A DNA stretch of 64,000 bases from an uncultured virus (IMG/VR IMGVR_UViG_3300031251_000012) (IMGVR_UViG_3300031251_000012); one strand, 5' to 3'; counted from the first letter of the stretch, positions 51,891 through 61,680 are shown. A program made the numbers and translations. Notes: generated by a model not told the origin, from the sequence alone.

Positions 51891-53474
51891 CTATGGAAGT
51901 GGTAAGGGTTCAATCTTTATTGCATTTCGTTTCTCTACAATTTTCTTCAACTCTTCTTTCATAGTACTATCCATTGCTGGCAAAACTTTTTTCATCAGTG
52001 GAATGAAGTTTCGTATTCCGAAACGTTCACCCGCTTTGAGATGAATATCACCATTCAATTTTTTGATTAATTCAGTTTTAATTTTATCAACAATAACATT
52101 TCTTTGATTGAAGAAACTATAATAGACTCTACGAATGTAGGTTTCCGAATTAGTAAATTGAGTTTTATCTACATTATCCACTATATGTTTTGCAATAGTG
52201 TTGCCAATATTATGTATTGAATTAATATAATTATAGTTGTTCTTTGCTTTTATTAATTTCAATGCAGGTTTTATTGTTCTCGGAACTTCTGTTAGCGGAA
52301 CCTCTTTCACTGCTTCAACGAAGGCTTTCGCAAAACTTTGAATAAACTTATTCTCTTTTTTCTTACTATTCTTGTTGAATAACTCTGATTGTTTATCTTT
52401 TTTGATCCCAGATTTATTATTAATTCTCATATCCTGATATGATTGAATCGCATCATATTCATCATATGCTTTTGATTTACCGTCCCTACCTGTTTCTCGT
52501 AATTTCTTTCTGATTGGATTCATTGGAAGATATGAGTTTTTTATTAAATCGTTTCCCATATTTTCAGAATACAATACTTTGAACTTACCGTTAGTCTTTG
52601 TTTCCAAAAACTTTTTGAATTGATTTATTACCTTTGTATCATTGCTTGGATACATTCTATCCATTAGAATGTATGGTTTATTGTCTTTACCATTAATTAC
52701 GAACCTGACAATGCAACGACGAACCATCTTGGTTCCGTATTCATTGAACTTACCACCAGTAGTTAGGTAAATAATTCCAACGAACGGATCAATAACCGAT
52801 CCTATTGTGCAATGTTTGTATTCACCGCGATCCCAACTTTGGCAGGAAGATATACCACGCATTGACATGGTTCCTATATCCCAAGCACCATTCGCTCCGT
52901 CTGATGAAAATGCTATCTTGAAGCCGTTGTTTGGTATGTTGTCCGTGCTAAATGTTTTGAATGAATAAGCATTCTCCAATGTATCCAATCCAACGAAGTT
53001 CCCTTCGCGAAGCATTTCCGTTAGTTTGTTATATACACGGAATAGGCTTTCGTTTTTACGAAAGACTGGTCTATTATCATCTTCGATTGTAATATTGTCA
53101 GATAGTTTTAATGAAACTCTCCCATTGTTAATTTGAATAATATCATTTGGTTTTTTTAGTTGAGCAAGAACTTCCGCTAAAACTATTAGACATTTATCAC
53201 TTTGTGCTTTACGGTTTTTGTTTTTTATTGTTTTTTGGTATTTTTTTAACTCAACTATTCTATAATCGATTATATTAATAATATCACTAATCAATATTTT
53301 TGCGGATGCTTTTGCCTGCTCTGAATTATCAATTGCGGCATCTTCAATACAATTTGGAAGTCCTATTGATGGAAAGACTTTTTTGATTGTCTTTACTTCC
53401 TTGAAGATAGGGTGATTTGAGAACCATTTAGGATATTTTTTGTCTTTGAAGATTTGTTCTATTGGTGTTGCCAT
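51891..53474 (-). CDS. Tandem paralogue 2 of uncharacterised SMRGIxSCQxW family
   Basis: FSSDGANGAWDIGTMSMRGISSCQSW; start MATPIEQ chosen by alignment to paralogues. Confidence 0.85.
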   Translation of the reverse strand: MATPIEQIFKDKKYPKWFSNHPIFKEVKTIKKVFPSIGLPNCIEDAAIDNSEQAKASAKILISDIINIIDYRIVELKKYQKTIKNKNRKAQSDKCLIVLAEVLAQLKKPNDIIQINNGRVSLKLSDNITIEDDNRPVFRKNESLFRVYNKLTEMLREGNFVGLDTLENAYSFKTFSTDNIPNNGFKIAFSSDGANGAWDIGTMSMRGISSCQSWDRGEYKHCTIGSVIDPFVGIIYLTTGGKFNEYGTKMVRRCIVRFVINGKDNKPYILMDRMYPSNDTKVINQFKKFLETKTNGKFKVLYSENMGNDLIKNSYLPMNPIRKKLRETGRDGKSKAYDEYDAIQSYQDMRINNKSGIKKDKQSELFNKNSKKKENKFIQSFAKAFVEAVKEVPLTEVPRTIKPALKLIKAKNNYNYINSIHNIGNTIAKHIVDNVDKTQFTNSETYIRRVYYSFFNQRNVIVDKIKTELIKKLNGDIHLKAGERFGIRNFIPLMKKVLPAMDSTMKEELKKIVEKRNAIKIEPLPLP

Positions 53475-53484
53475 TTGTGATCTC

Positions 53485-54840
53485 TTATAGGTATTTTGAA
53501 TAGATTTCAGGGTATTTTTGTGGTTTTTTGGTTTTGAAAGGCTTATCCAGAAGTGGTATAATTTTCTTTGATGCCTCATCAACTATTTTTTGAGTTATAT
53601 CTTTTGTTTTCGATGATTTACCTAACATATTTTTCTGAACTATTGATTTCAACATTGAATTTAGATTCTTTTTTATAGCACTAACATCTTTTAGAAGATC
53701 AGATTTAGACATATAATCGCGGTAACTCCAACTAATAAAATCTGCAACAGATTCCTGTAAATCACCATAATAATTATTATTTTTTATTTCTCTAAAATTA
53801 TCTTTATACTCTTCTGGAATATCTGCCAGTTTTATTTTTCTACAAGAAGAAGAAACGCTGTTTGCTATTTTTTCCTCAATATCAGAAACTAGATCGACCA
53901 TATCATCTTCATCTTCATCTTCGTCGTCATAATCAATTTCGGCATCACGATATGATCTATCATCCATATCTAATTTACTAACCACTTCGCTTGTAGGTAT
54001 AACCATATTATTGCCAAAATAATTATGGTCGTATCCACGAATTGGAAATTTGTTTTTAGTTTTTTCTTTTAGGAACAAAATAAATTGATCCATAATTGCT
54101 TTATTGTATTCAGGATACATTTGTTCAATGAATAAATTAGGCTTTTTGTCTTTCTTATTTACAACGAACCTAACAACGCATCGGCGTAGCATTTTACTAC
54201 CGTGCGATGTTTTTGTGCCAGATGAAAGATATATAATACCAACGAACGGATCAACCATAGATCCAATTAGACTTTTAGATTGTGGTTTTCCCCATCCTTG
54301 ACACGATTCAATACCACGCATAGATATTGTTGCAATGTCCCATAGTCCTTCCGCACCATCGGATGAAAAATGAATTGTGTGTTTGGCGTTTGGAATATTT
54401 ACTGCACTAAATTTTTTGAATTGGCCAATAGTGTCCAATGCAGGTAAATTATAATTACAAGCCTGTTTTTGAATCTTATTATATACCTTGAAAACTCCTT
54501 CGCCGCGCTTAAATACAACTTTGCCGTTTTTATCAACAACCTCTTTTGAAAGATTCAACGATATTTTGCCATCTTTTTCTACAATTGATTTATCAAGTAT
54601 TTTGATTAAATCGGAATTTGCATTAGAATAATAAGATAGCCTATATTTCATATAGCCTAATAAATCCTTAGCCGTTTCCTTTATCTCTTGTGAGTTGTCA
54701 ATATTTACAATCTTTTCGCTATTGGGTAATCCGATCTCTGGAAAAATCTTTTTTATCGTCTTGACTGTCTTGAATATTTTATGTTTTTTTATAAACGATG
54801 GGAAGTCTTTTTTACTGAATATTTGTTTTACTGTTGGCAT
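53485..54840 (-). CDS. Tandem paralogue 1 of uncharacterised SMRGIxSCQxW family
   Basis: FSSDGAEGLWDIATISMRGIESCQGW. Confidence 0.85.
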   Translation of the reverse strand: MPTVKQIFSKKDFPSFIKKHKIFKTVKTIKKIFPEIGLPNSEKIVNIDNSQEIKETAKDLLGYMKYRLSYYSNANSDLIKILDKSIVEKDGKISLNLSKEVVDKNGKVVFKRGEGVFKVYNKIQKQACNYNLPALDTIGQFKKFSAVNIPNAKHTIHFSSDGAEGLWDIATISMRGIESCQGWGKPQSKSLIGSMVDPFVGIIYLSSGTKTSHGSKMLRRCVVRFVVNKKDKKPNLFIEQMYPEYNKAIMDQFILFLKEKTKNKFPIRGYDHNYFGNNMVIPTSEVVSKLDMDDRSYRDAEIDYDDEDEDEDDMVDLVSDIEEKIANSVSSSCRKIKLADIPEEYKDNFREIKNNNYYGDLQESVADFISWSYRDYMSKSDLLKDVSAIKKNLNSMLKSIVQKNMLGKSSKTKDITQKIVDEASKKIIPLLDKPFKTKKPQKYPEIYSKYL

Positions 54841-55022
54841 AGTTTATAGTCCTGTAATCTGTTTTCTATATACTGCTATTTGCTCTGCTGTTAGCTTATC
54901 CGAACTCTCTACGCGAACTGCGAATGGAAGCCTTGCTAATTCCCATTTTGCAACGCCCTCGTGATCGTATTCCCAGTATGCCATATCACCACGCGACGAA
55001 GTAATCATTAGAAAATAAGATT

Positions 55023-55409
55023 TCATTTGGTTTCTCCTAATTGAATAAAATCACAACCGCCGAACTTCAATAACAACTCTGGTATATGTTTCATATTCCA
55101 GCCAACTGCTTTTTCTTTCGTTTTTAGTTTTACTTGCTCAGACAAGAAAATATACGCTCTATCAATCCATTGTTGTGGTAATGGTATTCCGCCTATATTT
55201 ATATCTGCAATCCTCTTGTTTGCACCACCAAAACCAGAATAAGTCATAAATCCAGAACGCAATAACCTAAATACTGATGATGATCTAAAATTAGAACCAG
55301 TTGCTTCTTCTGGAAGCACAAGGTTATATGATGGAATAACGAATGAATACTCGTTGCAAAACTCCATCATTTTTACTAACTGTTTTATTGTTGGCTGTCC
55401 GACAATCAT
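55023..55409 (-). CDS. Hypothetical protein
   Basis: Open frame, coupled to the Nudix gene. Confidence 0.55.
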   Translation of the reverse strand: MIVGQPTIKQLVKMMEFCNEYSFVIPSYNLVLPEEATGSNFRSSSVFRLLRSGFMTYSGFGGANKRIADINIGGIPLPQQWIDRAYIFLSEQVKLKTKEKAVGWNMKHIPELLLKFGGCDFIQLGETK

Positions 55410-55771
55410 TTTATTAATCCGATATGTTTGAATAATTCTGTATTGAACTCACCGAAGGTCTTGCCTTTAACAAGAACATCAGGTGTTAGCCAGCGAACGA
55501 TACCTTCATCACTTTCAATTATTGTTCCTGTGTATGATTTTGGTGTAAATACTTGAACCTGATATTCGCCATCTATGCGTTCAAAAATAAATTGAGGATC
55601 AGATATTGTTAGTCCTGTTTCTTCCAATGTTTCACGGATGGCACATTGTTCGAATGTTTCATTTTCAAGGCTTTTTCCGCCGACCAGTCCAAAATCAGTA
55701 TGATCGTTTCGGCGACTAATAGCCAAAACTTTATCGTTTTCAATTATCAGAACTGTTGATGCTCGTTTCAT
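55406..55771 (-). CDS. Nudix hydrolase
   Basis: GGKSLENETFEQCAIRETLEETGL Nudix box. Confidence 0.9.
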   Translation of the reverse strand: MKRASTVLIIENDKVLAISRRNDHTDFGLVGGKSLENETFEQCAIRETLEETGLTISDPQFIFERIDGEYQVQVFTPKSYTGTIIESDEGIVRWLTPDVLVKGKTFGEFNTELFKHIGLIK

Positions 55772-55774
55772 AAG

Positions 55775-56113
55775 TTATACCAATGTTAGATATTTTGCTA
55801 AGTTTTCTTTACCGTAGATTTTCTTATCATCTAATTGTGTAATGTGTTGCCCATTGATCCAATATTCTGTATGACCATTGACCCATTCTTTTGCTGGGCC
55901 GTCTTCTCTATGAAGTTCGGCTTTACCATTTATAAGGGAATAAGATCTTCTAACGCTCCTATCATAGTAATCTATGAATCCATTTTGTATGAAAATGCGA
56001 GAACTATTTCCGAATAATTCGTATAATTTTTTATTCACAATAAAACAAGTCTGGTGAATTATGTGTTTTACTGTTTGTCCAACTCTAAATAATAGATTTT
56101 GTTGCATAATCAA
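55775..56113 (-). CDS. Hypothetical protein with one HRxDGPA repeat and AKYLTLV tail
   Basis: LHREDGPAKEWVNGHTEYWING. Confidence 0.65.
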   Translation of the reverse strand: MIMQQNLLFRVGQTVKHIIHQTCFIVNKKLYELFGNSSRIFIQNGFIDYYDRSVRRSYSLINGKAELHREDGPAKEWVNGHTEYWINGQHITQLDDKKIYGKENLAKYLTLV

Positions 56114-57081
56114 TCTACTTTATACACATTAACAAGAAAACTATTACTATCAACTTCAATCTTTTTCGAATCCTTGTTGCCCCAATTATCTGGCAACAAT
56201 GCAATATGATTCGCAAGTAATTCTTTTTTCAATTTATCTTTATATTTAGCAATAACATTTGCCTCTTTTGGCATACAGCAGATTTCAATCTCTACTCTAT
56301 CTGTCAATTCCAATTCAAGTTCTTTTCGAACATTTTGCAATGCAGATTTCAAGTCGGCAATAAATCCTTGCTCCAACAATTCAGGAGTTAAATTAGTGTC
56401 AAGAATGATTACCCCCGACCTGTTTGATGCAGAAGCATAACCCGCTTTTGATACGAACTCAACTTCAATATCACTCAATGTTAGATCAATATCGCACATT
56501 CTAACTGTTTCTTTATTTTCAAGCAGTTTATACAAGTTTTTCCTATCGGCAAAACTCATTTTTGCCAATTCAGCTTTCAGTCCGTTTGCTTGCTTTCCAG
56601 CGCCACGCTTACCAAGAACTCGAAAATTAGGTTTCAATACCATATCGGTAAATTCATTTGCATTCTCAATGAATACAACTTTCTCAACATTCAATTCATC
56701 TCCAAGAATATTAGCATATTCGTTATGTTTGCAATCAACATATACCATATAATTTTGAACTTGTTTGTCTGAATATAATACATACGCTGTGCGTAATGGC
56801 TGTCGATTACGGATCTTTACATCCGCACGAACCTTATGCCCCATCTCACACATATCGCGAATTGAACGCATACGATCAATCAATTCAAAATCAACATCGC
56901 TCAGTGGTAATTTATCTACACTGACGATAGTGAAGTTTGGATCGTTTTGATATTCCACCTGATACTCTTTGATCAGTTGTTCTGATTTATCGTCAATGGA
57001 ATTGAATGACGCGAATGCTGTCCATTCCTGAACGAATCCATTATCGTTTGTTGATTTGTAGCGAACTGTGTATTCACGCAC
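56110..57081 (-). CDS. Stand-alone protein homologous to the C-terminal (non-catalytic) region of type-2 isoleucyl-tRNA synthetase
   Basis: KIRNRQPL, ELNVEKV, KPNFRVLGKR, LDTNLTPELLEQG, QNVRK...LTDRV; no HIGH/KMSKS. Confidence 0.75.
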   Translation of the reverse strand: MREYTVRYKSTNDNGFVQEWTAFASFNSIDDKSEQLIKEYQVEYQNDPNFTIVSVDKLPLSDVDFELIDRMRSIRDMCEMGHKVRADVKIRNRQPLRTAYVLYSDKQVQNYMVYVDCKHNEYANILGDELNVEKVVFIENANEFTDMVLKPNFRVLGKRGAGKQANGLKAELAKMSFADRKNLYKLLENKETVRMCDIDLTLSDIEVEFVSKAGYASASNRSGVIILDTNLTPELLEQGFIADLKSALQNVRKELELELTDRVEIEICCMPKEANVIAKYKDKLKKELLANHIALLPDNWGNKDSKKIEVDSNSFLVNVYKVD

Positions 57082-57197
57082 GGTTTTTGTTTCCTTCGAT
57101 TAGCCCTGTTGCATTCCAGTCTTTACCGCTAACCCAATGCATTAGATTTGCAATACCAATTAGATTTTCTACCACGCCGGCACTACTGAATTGATCA

Positions 57198-57683
57198 TTA
57201 TGCAATTGCTTTGCTAAATTGTTTATAGTCCTTATAGGACTTTGTAATCCTATTCCAAAATCCCCACGATCTGTTTTTCCTACTACCAGTGAAAAACAAT
57301 GTCCATGGACCATCATTTTCATCAATCAATTCCACTCGATGAAAATCGTTAGGCGTGAAAAAATTGAATGACAAGGGTTTTACAAAACGACGATATACCG
57401 TATCATCTGGTGCTCTGCGTTCTTCCCAGTATCCCTTTGTCAAAACGAAACTAAATGAAAAACTCGTCGGATGGTTGTGGAGAAGATACGCATATCCTCC
57501 AACATTATCAGTAATATCAATATCAAGATCACTACTACGAAAATGATGAAGGAACAAGTTTCCCCGTTCCCTATCTTTCCATAATAGGTAATACCGTGTC
57601 AAGTATGGCTTGCCATCTGGCTTTGGAATTGTAATATTAGGAATCTTTTTAACCAATGAACCAAGCACACTTAGCATTATCAT
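57198..57683 (-). CDS. Cupin-fold protein
   Basis: PYLTRY, LHHF, LHNHP, GYWE, FHRVEL, WTLFFTG, WGFW. Confidence 0.7.
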   Translation of the reverse strand: MIMLSVLGSLVKKIPNITIPKPDGKPYLTRYYLLWKDRERGNLFLHHFRSSDLDIDITDNVGGYAYLLHNHPTSFSFSFVLTKGYWEERRAPDDTVYRRFVKPLSFNFFTPNDFHRVELIDENDGPWTLFFTGSRKNRSWGFWNRITKSYKDYKQFSKAIA

Positions 57684-57700
57684 TCTCCATCTAAATTGTC

Positions 57701-57898
57701 GGGAACGCTGGAACCTTTACCAGTCGGCATTTAACTTATCCAGTTCTCATTCTTATAGATTACGCTTTGCAATCTACCGCGTCTGGGCACATTCAGCGGC
57801 GAATGAAAGGGATTTGTTTGCTTGCGGGCACGCCTCTATCGAGACTTTCAGATATTTTCAACTTTGGACATTTACTTTATCTAAAAAACTCCGCTCCC
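57701..57898 (-). ncRNA. Candidate structured ncRNA (~198 nt; 6S-like or tRNA/tmRNA-like)
   Basis: No coding ORF on the sense strand; 5' GGGAGCG pairs with 3' CGUUCCC; internal helices; begins at the predicted TSS. Confidence 0.6.
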
Positions 57899-57905
57899 TG
57901 TTAGT

Positions 57906-57934
57906 ATTGTAAGCATTAGCCCGACACCCGTCAA
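57906..57934 (-). promoter_or_regulatory. sigma70-type promoter
   Basis: TTGACG-17 bp-TACAAT. Confidence 0.82.
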
Positions 57935-58440
57935 GGGGCTTTGGGATATTGTTTTTTATCTTTATTGGAACCAACTCTTGGCATTTCAACGCCGAAGATA
58001 GTTCGGTATATCGTTGCAAGACATACTTCTGAACAAGCAACTCTATTTGGTAAATCTTGTGTCTCGTAAGCCTTGTTCATATTACCAATTGGCTTTTGGC
58101 AATTGCAACATTTAGCCATACTTTTTAATGTTGTTTGTGCCCAGCGTTCAAGTTTTTCAATGTCTTTTTTATTGTGAGGATCGAATAATTGGCAGGAACC
58201 TTTGCCATCCGCATTTACAAGTGAAACGCTTTTTGTTTCATCCCAATATTTCTGATGCCACTCTTCAATCATACGAAGCGATACATTTACTGCATCAACA
58301 GGACTAACAAGGTTTTTTTGTTCGCCACTAAACATAACTGGAAGTATATCTTTGCCAGCGAACTTAGAACCACCACAACTAATCTCTACGAGTAGTCTAT
58401 TGTCTTCATAACGTCTCTGGCGAGACACATAATAACCCAT
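57931..58440 (-). CDS. Hypothetical protein with C-terminal Cys cluster
   Basis: CCNC...CSEVC. Confidence 0.6.
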   Translation of the reverse strand: MGYYVSRQRRYEDNRLLVEISCGGSKFAGKDILPVMFSGEQKNLVSPVDAVNVSLRMIEEWHQKYWDETKSVSLVNADGKGSCQLFDPHNKKDIEKLERWAQTTLKSMAKCCNCQKPIGNMNKAYETQDLPNRVACSEVCLATIYRTIFGVEMPRVGSNKDKKQYPKAP

Positions 58441-58445
58441 CGGTT

Positions 58446-59285
58446 TTACCTCAATCTCTCGAATGTTTCAATGAACCTGTTCCAATACTTATCTTCCAAG
58501 ATAGTCTCGAACTCCATGTACTCGAACTCTTCCTTCAAGGAATCAAAATCAACTTCGTATTCACTAAATTGCAACTCTTCATCCTCTATGATTTTGAATG
58601 CAACTAATTGATTATTCAATGAATAGTTTGCTCTATTCTCTACTACGGAAAGAAACTCCGCTAACTTTTCTGGATCGCTTGCAATAGCAATAGCCTTCTT
58701 CTTACTAATCAATGATGGAATGTTATCGCTTGTATCGCCATTCAATGTTAGGAATGTTAGGAAGTGATAGTCTGGCGGAACAACATAGCCTTTTAGATTA
58801 TGACTAAATACTTTTAGATTATCATAACCTTTTTGTAATAACTGAATGTAATCCTTGTCCGATGATATAACTGTTAGATCCTCATCTTGCAATGTAGAAA
58901 CTAATGTCGCAATAACATCGTCCGCTTCGTATCTATCTGATTTTACTTGGGTTATTGGAAGATATTTTAGCAACTTCAACATAATGTTGTATTGACGAAG
59001 GAAGTCATCGCGTTTCTTTTGCTTGTCTTCTGATCCTACTTTGATGATTCTGTTAGATTTATATTCGGAATATAACTCTCTTCTAAAACAATTTTCCCCT
59101 TCAAGCGCGAAGAATACTTTATCAGGATCGAATTGTTCAATCAATGCTCTGGTATTACGGAAAAAATTATATACTGCGGCGAAACTTTCTTTATCTTCGT
59201 CTTCTGGTTTTGGCTTACCGAATGTGATATTCGCCCTATAACTAAAATTTAAACCGTCAATCAGTAATACTTTGTCCTTGCTCAT
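58446..59285 (-). CDS. 5'-3' exonuclease / flap endonuclease (PolA N-terminal, T4 RNase H-like)
   Basis: LLIDG, YK.NR, YEADDVIAT, SSDKDY.QL, GDTSDNIP. Confidence 0.92.
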   Translation of the reverse strand: MSKDKVLLIDGLNFSYRANITFGKPKPEDEDKESFAAVYNFFRNTRALIEQFDPDKVFFALEGENCFRRELYSEYKSNRIIKVGSEDKQKKRDDFLRQYNIMLKLLKYLPITQVKSDRYEADDVIATLVSTLQDEDLTVISSDKDYIQLLQKGYDNLKVFSHNLKGYVVPPDYHFLTFLTLNGDTSDNIPSLISKKKAIAIASDPEKLAEFLSVVENRANYSLNNQLVAFKIIEDEELQFSEYEVDFDSLKEEFEYMEFETILEDKYWNRFIETFERLR

Positions 59286-59633
59286 CAGTTTTCAATCTCG
59301 AATGGTGTCGTTTTCTAACATATCCTTCAACCGACAAAATAACAATAATCAATAACGCTATGAATGCAATCTTGTGTCGGCGAATAAAATCAATCATCTA
59401 ACATAATACTATTTTATTGGAATATTGTCTGCCTCTTTTTTACTGACGAAGAAACTATGGCTCTTACTTTCTTTACATCTGACTAATACAACTTCTGGTT
59501 CGCATATCTCATAATCACCATCGTATGATGTCATCACATCCATACCATCCGAATCTTCGTTTGGATCATCAAGATATAGTGATTTACATCCACAAAACGG
59601 GCACATTGTGATTTGATTTTTCATTTTTATCCT

Positions 59634-59849
59634 TTACATTAGCAATAGATATTTTTCAATGTCTTCTTTATATTTAGAAGCGCTTGGAACTGTCAGACAT
59701 AATGTATCAATATACATTGTAATACTTGTCGGATTTATATTTCTATATATAGAATAAGCAATTTCTGCTGGGACATTCAATTCTTTTTTCTCGAACAATG
59801 CAATTGTGTCTTCCCAATTTAATCTTGCGTGTTCTTCATAATCAAGCAT
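59634..59849 (-). CDS. Truncated 'NVxAN/EKYLLL' family protein
   Basis: FEKKELNVPA, KYKEDIEKYLLLM. Confidence 0.65.
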   Translation of the reverse strand: MLDYEEHARLNWEDTIALFEKKELNVPAEIAYSIYRNINPTSITMYIDTLCLTVPSASKYKEDIEKYLLLM

Positions 59850-60630
59850 AATAAATTGCTTTCCTCAATGCAAGCATCAACTCGTTCTTTTTTTCATCAT
59901 CAAGTTTTTCCAATACTTGATTTACCGCAATACCAGCCCAACCGGCATTATCTTTCATACCAGTTGCAATTGCATTCTCGAATGCTGCTTTGCTTGTAGG
60001 ATCACTCCACATTGACGCCATTAGGAATGCGCCCTTGTCATAATTTCTTTCAATTAGTTTTGGAATCTCGCTCGCTGCCAACGCAGGATTACTTATACGC
60101 ATTCCTAAAAATGATGGACTCCACCAAAATACAGAACATTCATTCCATACATTGTGCCACCATTGTTCAATTAGAATCTCTCTATCTTGAATGTAAGCGT
60201 ATGCAATCATACCTTCACGATATGTGGTTTTCAACTTTAAATCATCACAACCAATTACTTGTTTATGTTTCAATAACCATCTGTATAATAGAACTTTACA
60301 TTCTTTCAATTTAGAATTGGCAATGATATTAAAAATACCGCGTAATAGTTCGTGGCTTTCTTTTTCTTTATCATGTAATATATTATGTAGTATAAATCCA
60401 ACTGCTGGAGCAATCCTTCTTCTATATTCCTCATTAGAATCAATAAATAGATTTATAACATCAGTAGAAGTTCCACCGTTATGATGAATAATTGGACCGT
60501 TCAATCCCGGTTTATCAATTCTTTTTTTAATCAACTCGGCAATCTCATTTGGATCAAAAGACTTTTTCATAGCCTTTACCCAAGGATCGCGTTTGATATA
60601 ACTATCTTTTAGATCTTGTTGCTGATACAT
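59842..60630 (-). CDS. Hypothetical helical protein
   Basis: Long open frame. Confidence 0.65.
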   Translation of the reverse strand: MYQQQDLKDSYIKRDPWVKAMKKSFDPNEIAELIKKRIDKPGLNGPIIHHNGGTSTDVINLFIDSNEEYRRRIAPAVGFILHNILHDKEKESHELLRGIFNIIANSKLKECKVLLYRWLLKHKQVIGCDDLKLKTTYREGMIAYAYIQDREILIEQWWHNVWNECSVFWWSPSFLGMRISNPALAASEIPKLIERNYDKGAFLMASMWSDPTSKAAFENAIATGMKDNAGWAGIAVNQVLEKLDDEKKNELMLALRKAIYYA

Positions 60631-60638
60631 CTGATACC

Positions 60639-60938
60639 TTAGTATGATTTCTTTTCTGCAATACTTCTTGCAACATCAACCAACGGTTCAAGCTCCGGTT
60701 CAATTGGAATTAGCTTTACTTTGCTTGGATCATATCGCCTACAACATACACAAGTTTTAGAATTGAACTTATTTACTAATTGAAGTATTGATTTTGATTG
60801 CCCGTTATCAATAAGTTTTTCGTTAATAAACGACTTCAATAGCGCTGGGTTTTCAAAAACTGATTTTATCAATGCAGAAAACTCATGCTTGATCAATGAT
60901 ACCTTATCGCTTGGTGAAAAATCTGAAAACTTTGCCAT
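60639..60938 (-). CDS. Hypothetical protein
   Basis: Open frame. Confidence 0.55.
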   Translation of the reverse strand: MAKFSDFSPSDKVSLIKHEFSALIKSVFENPALLKSFINEKLIDNGQSKSILQLVNKFNSKTCVCCRRYDPSKVKLIPIEPELEPLVDVARSIAEKKSY

Positions 60939-60939
60939 G

Positions 60940-61188
60940 TTAGTTCATTTCCTTTTTATTATCACTGTGTTCAGCACGAACAATTAGGTTGTTATTGTCC
61001 TTTGCAGAAACGAAAATAATCTTGTTTGGTAAATTAATACGGAGGCTCTTGATATGTTTATCAAGGATTGCGTCTGCACATCGAATTAGGATTTTAGATC
61101 CAATGTCTTCATCTGGCGCAGACACTTCGATTGAACGATCGAGCATAACCGCTTCTTGACCAATTAGCATAAAAGACTGTGGTTTCAT
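60940..61188 (-). CDS. Hypothetical protein
   Basis: GAGGAG RBS downstream of promoter. Confidence 0.6.
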   Translation of the reverse strand: MKPQSFMLIGQEAVMLDRSIEVSAPDEDIGSKILIRCADAILDKHIKSLRINLPNKIIFVSAKDNNNLIVRAEHSDNKKEMN

Positions 61189-61205
61189 TGCACTCTCCTC
61201 ACAAC

Positions 61206-61234
61206 AATGTAAGGCTCCGTGCCCGCCAAGTCAA
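61206..61234 (-). promoter_or_regulatory. sigma70-type promoter
   Basis: TTGACT-17 bp-TACATT. Confidence 0.75.
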
Positions 61235-61259
61235 TGTGGATGCTTGCGCCCAGTGTGCG

Positions 61260-61679
61260 CTACCGTCTTACAACCAGCGCGCCCACAATAATCAATGCCA
61301 TACCAATAACTTTCATCATAGTTATCTGTTCTCCGAAGAATATCGAAGTCAAAATCAATGTTATTACAATTGGCGAAGTCATAGATATTGAATACAATGT
61401 AGCAACATTATTGCTATCACGAATAGCATATATGAATGCAAGCCCTGCCATTGTTGCAGATAGCGTTGCAAGCATTGCCCACATTGCACCAATAACATTA
61501 AATGGTTGTGCTACCTTTGTAGAAAGAATGTAGATATATATTGGTAATAATGCTATACCAACACAACAATTCACTATATGAATTTGAAACGGATGTAGAT
61601 GTCTTGTTGCCAACTTTAAAAAGAAACTCCAAAATCCATATCCAAGAATAGATATAATGATTAGGTATTTACTATTCAT
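61260..61679 (-). CDS. EamA/DMT family transporter (single domain)
   Basis: Five hydrophobic helices; G...F..K, SPIV, FFGEQIT..KVIG..LI..G. Confidence 0.82.
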   Translation of the reverse strand: MNSKYLIIISILGYGFWSFFLKLATRHLHPFQIHIVNCCVGIALLPIYIYILSTKVAQPFNVIGAMWAMLATLSATMAGLAFIYAIRDSNNVATLYSISMTSPIVITLILTSIFFGEQITMMKVIGMALIIVGALVVRR

Positions 61680-61680
61680 A

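Noticed and set aside
57701..57898. Canonical tmRNA
   Set aside because: Too short, lacks the G3-U70 alanine identity pair, UUCRA T-loop and CCA, and the ANKSLSFAA frame has no immediate stop; kept only as an alternative hypothesis.
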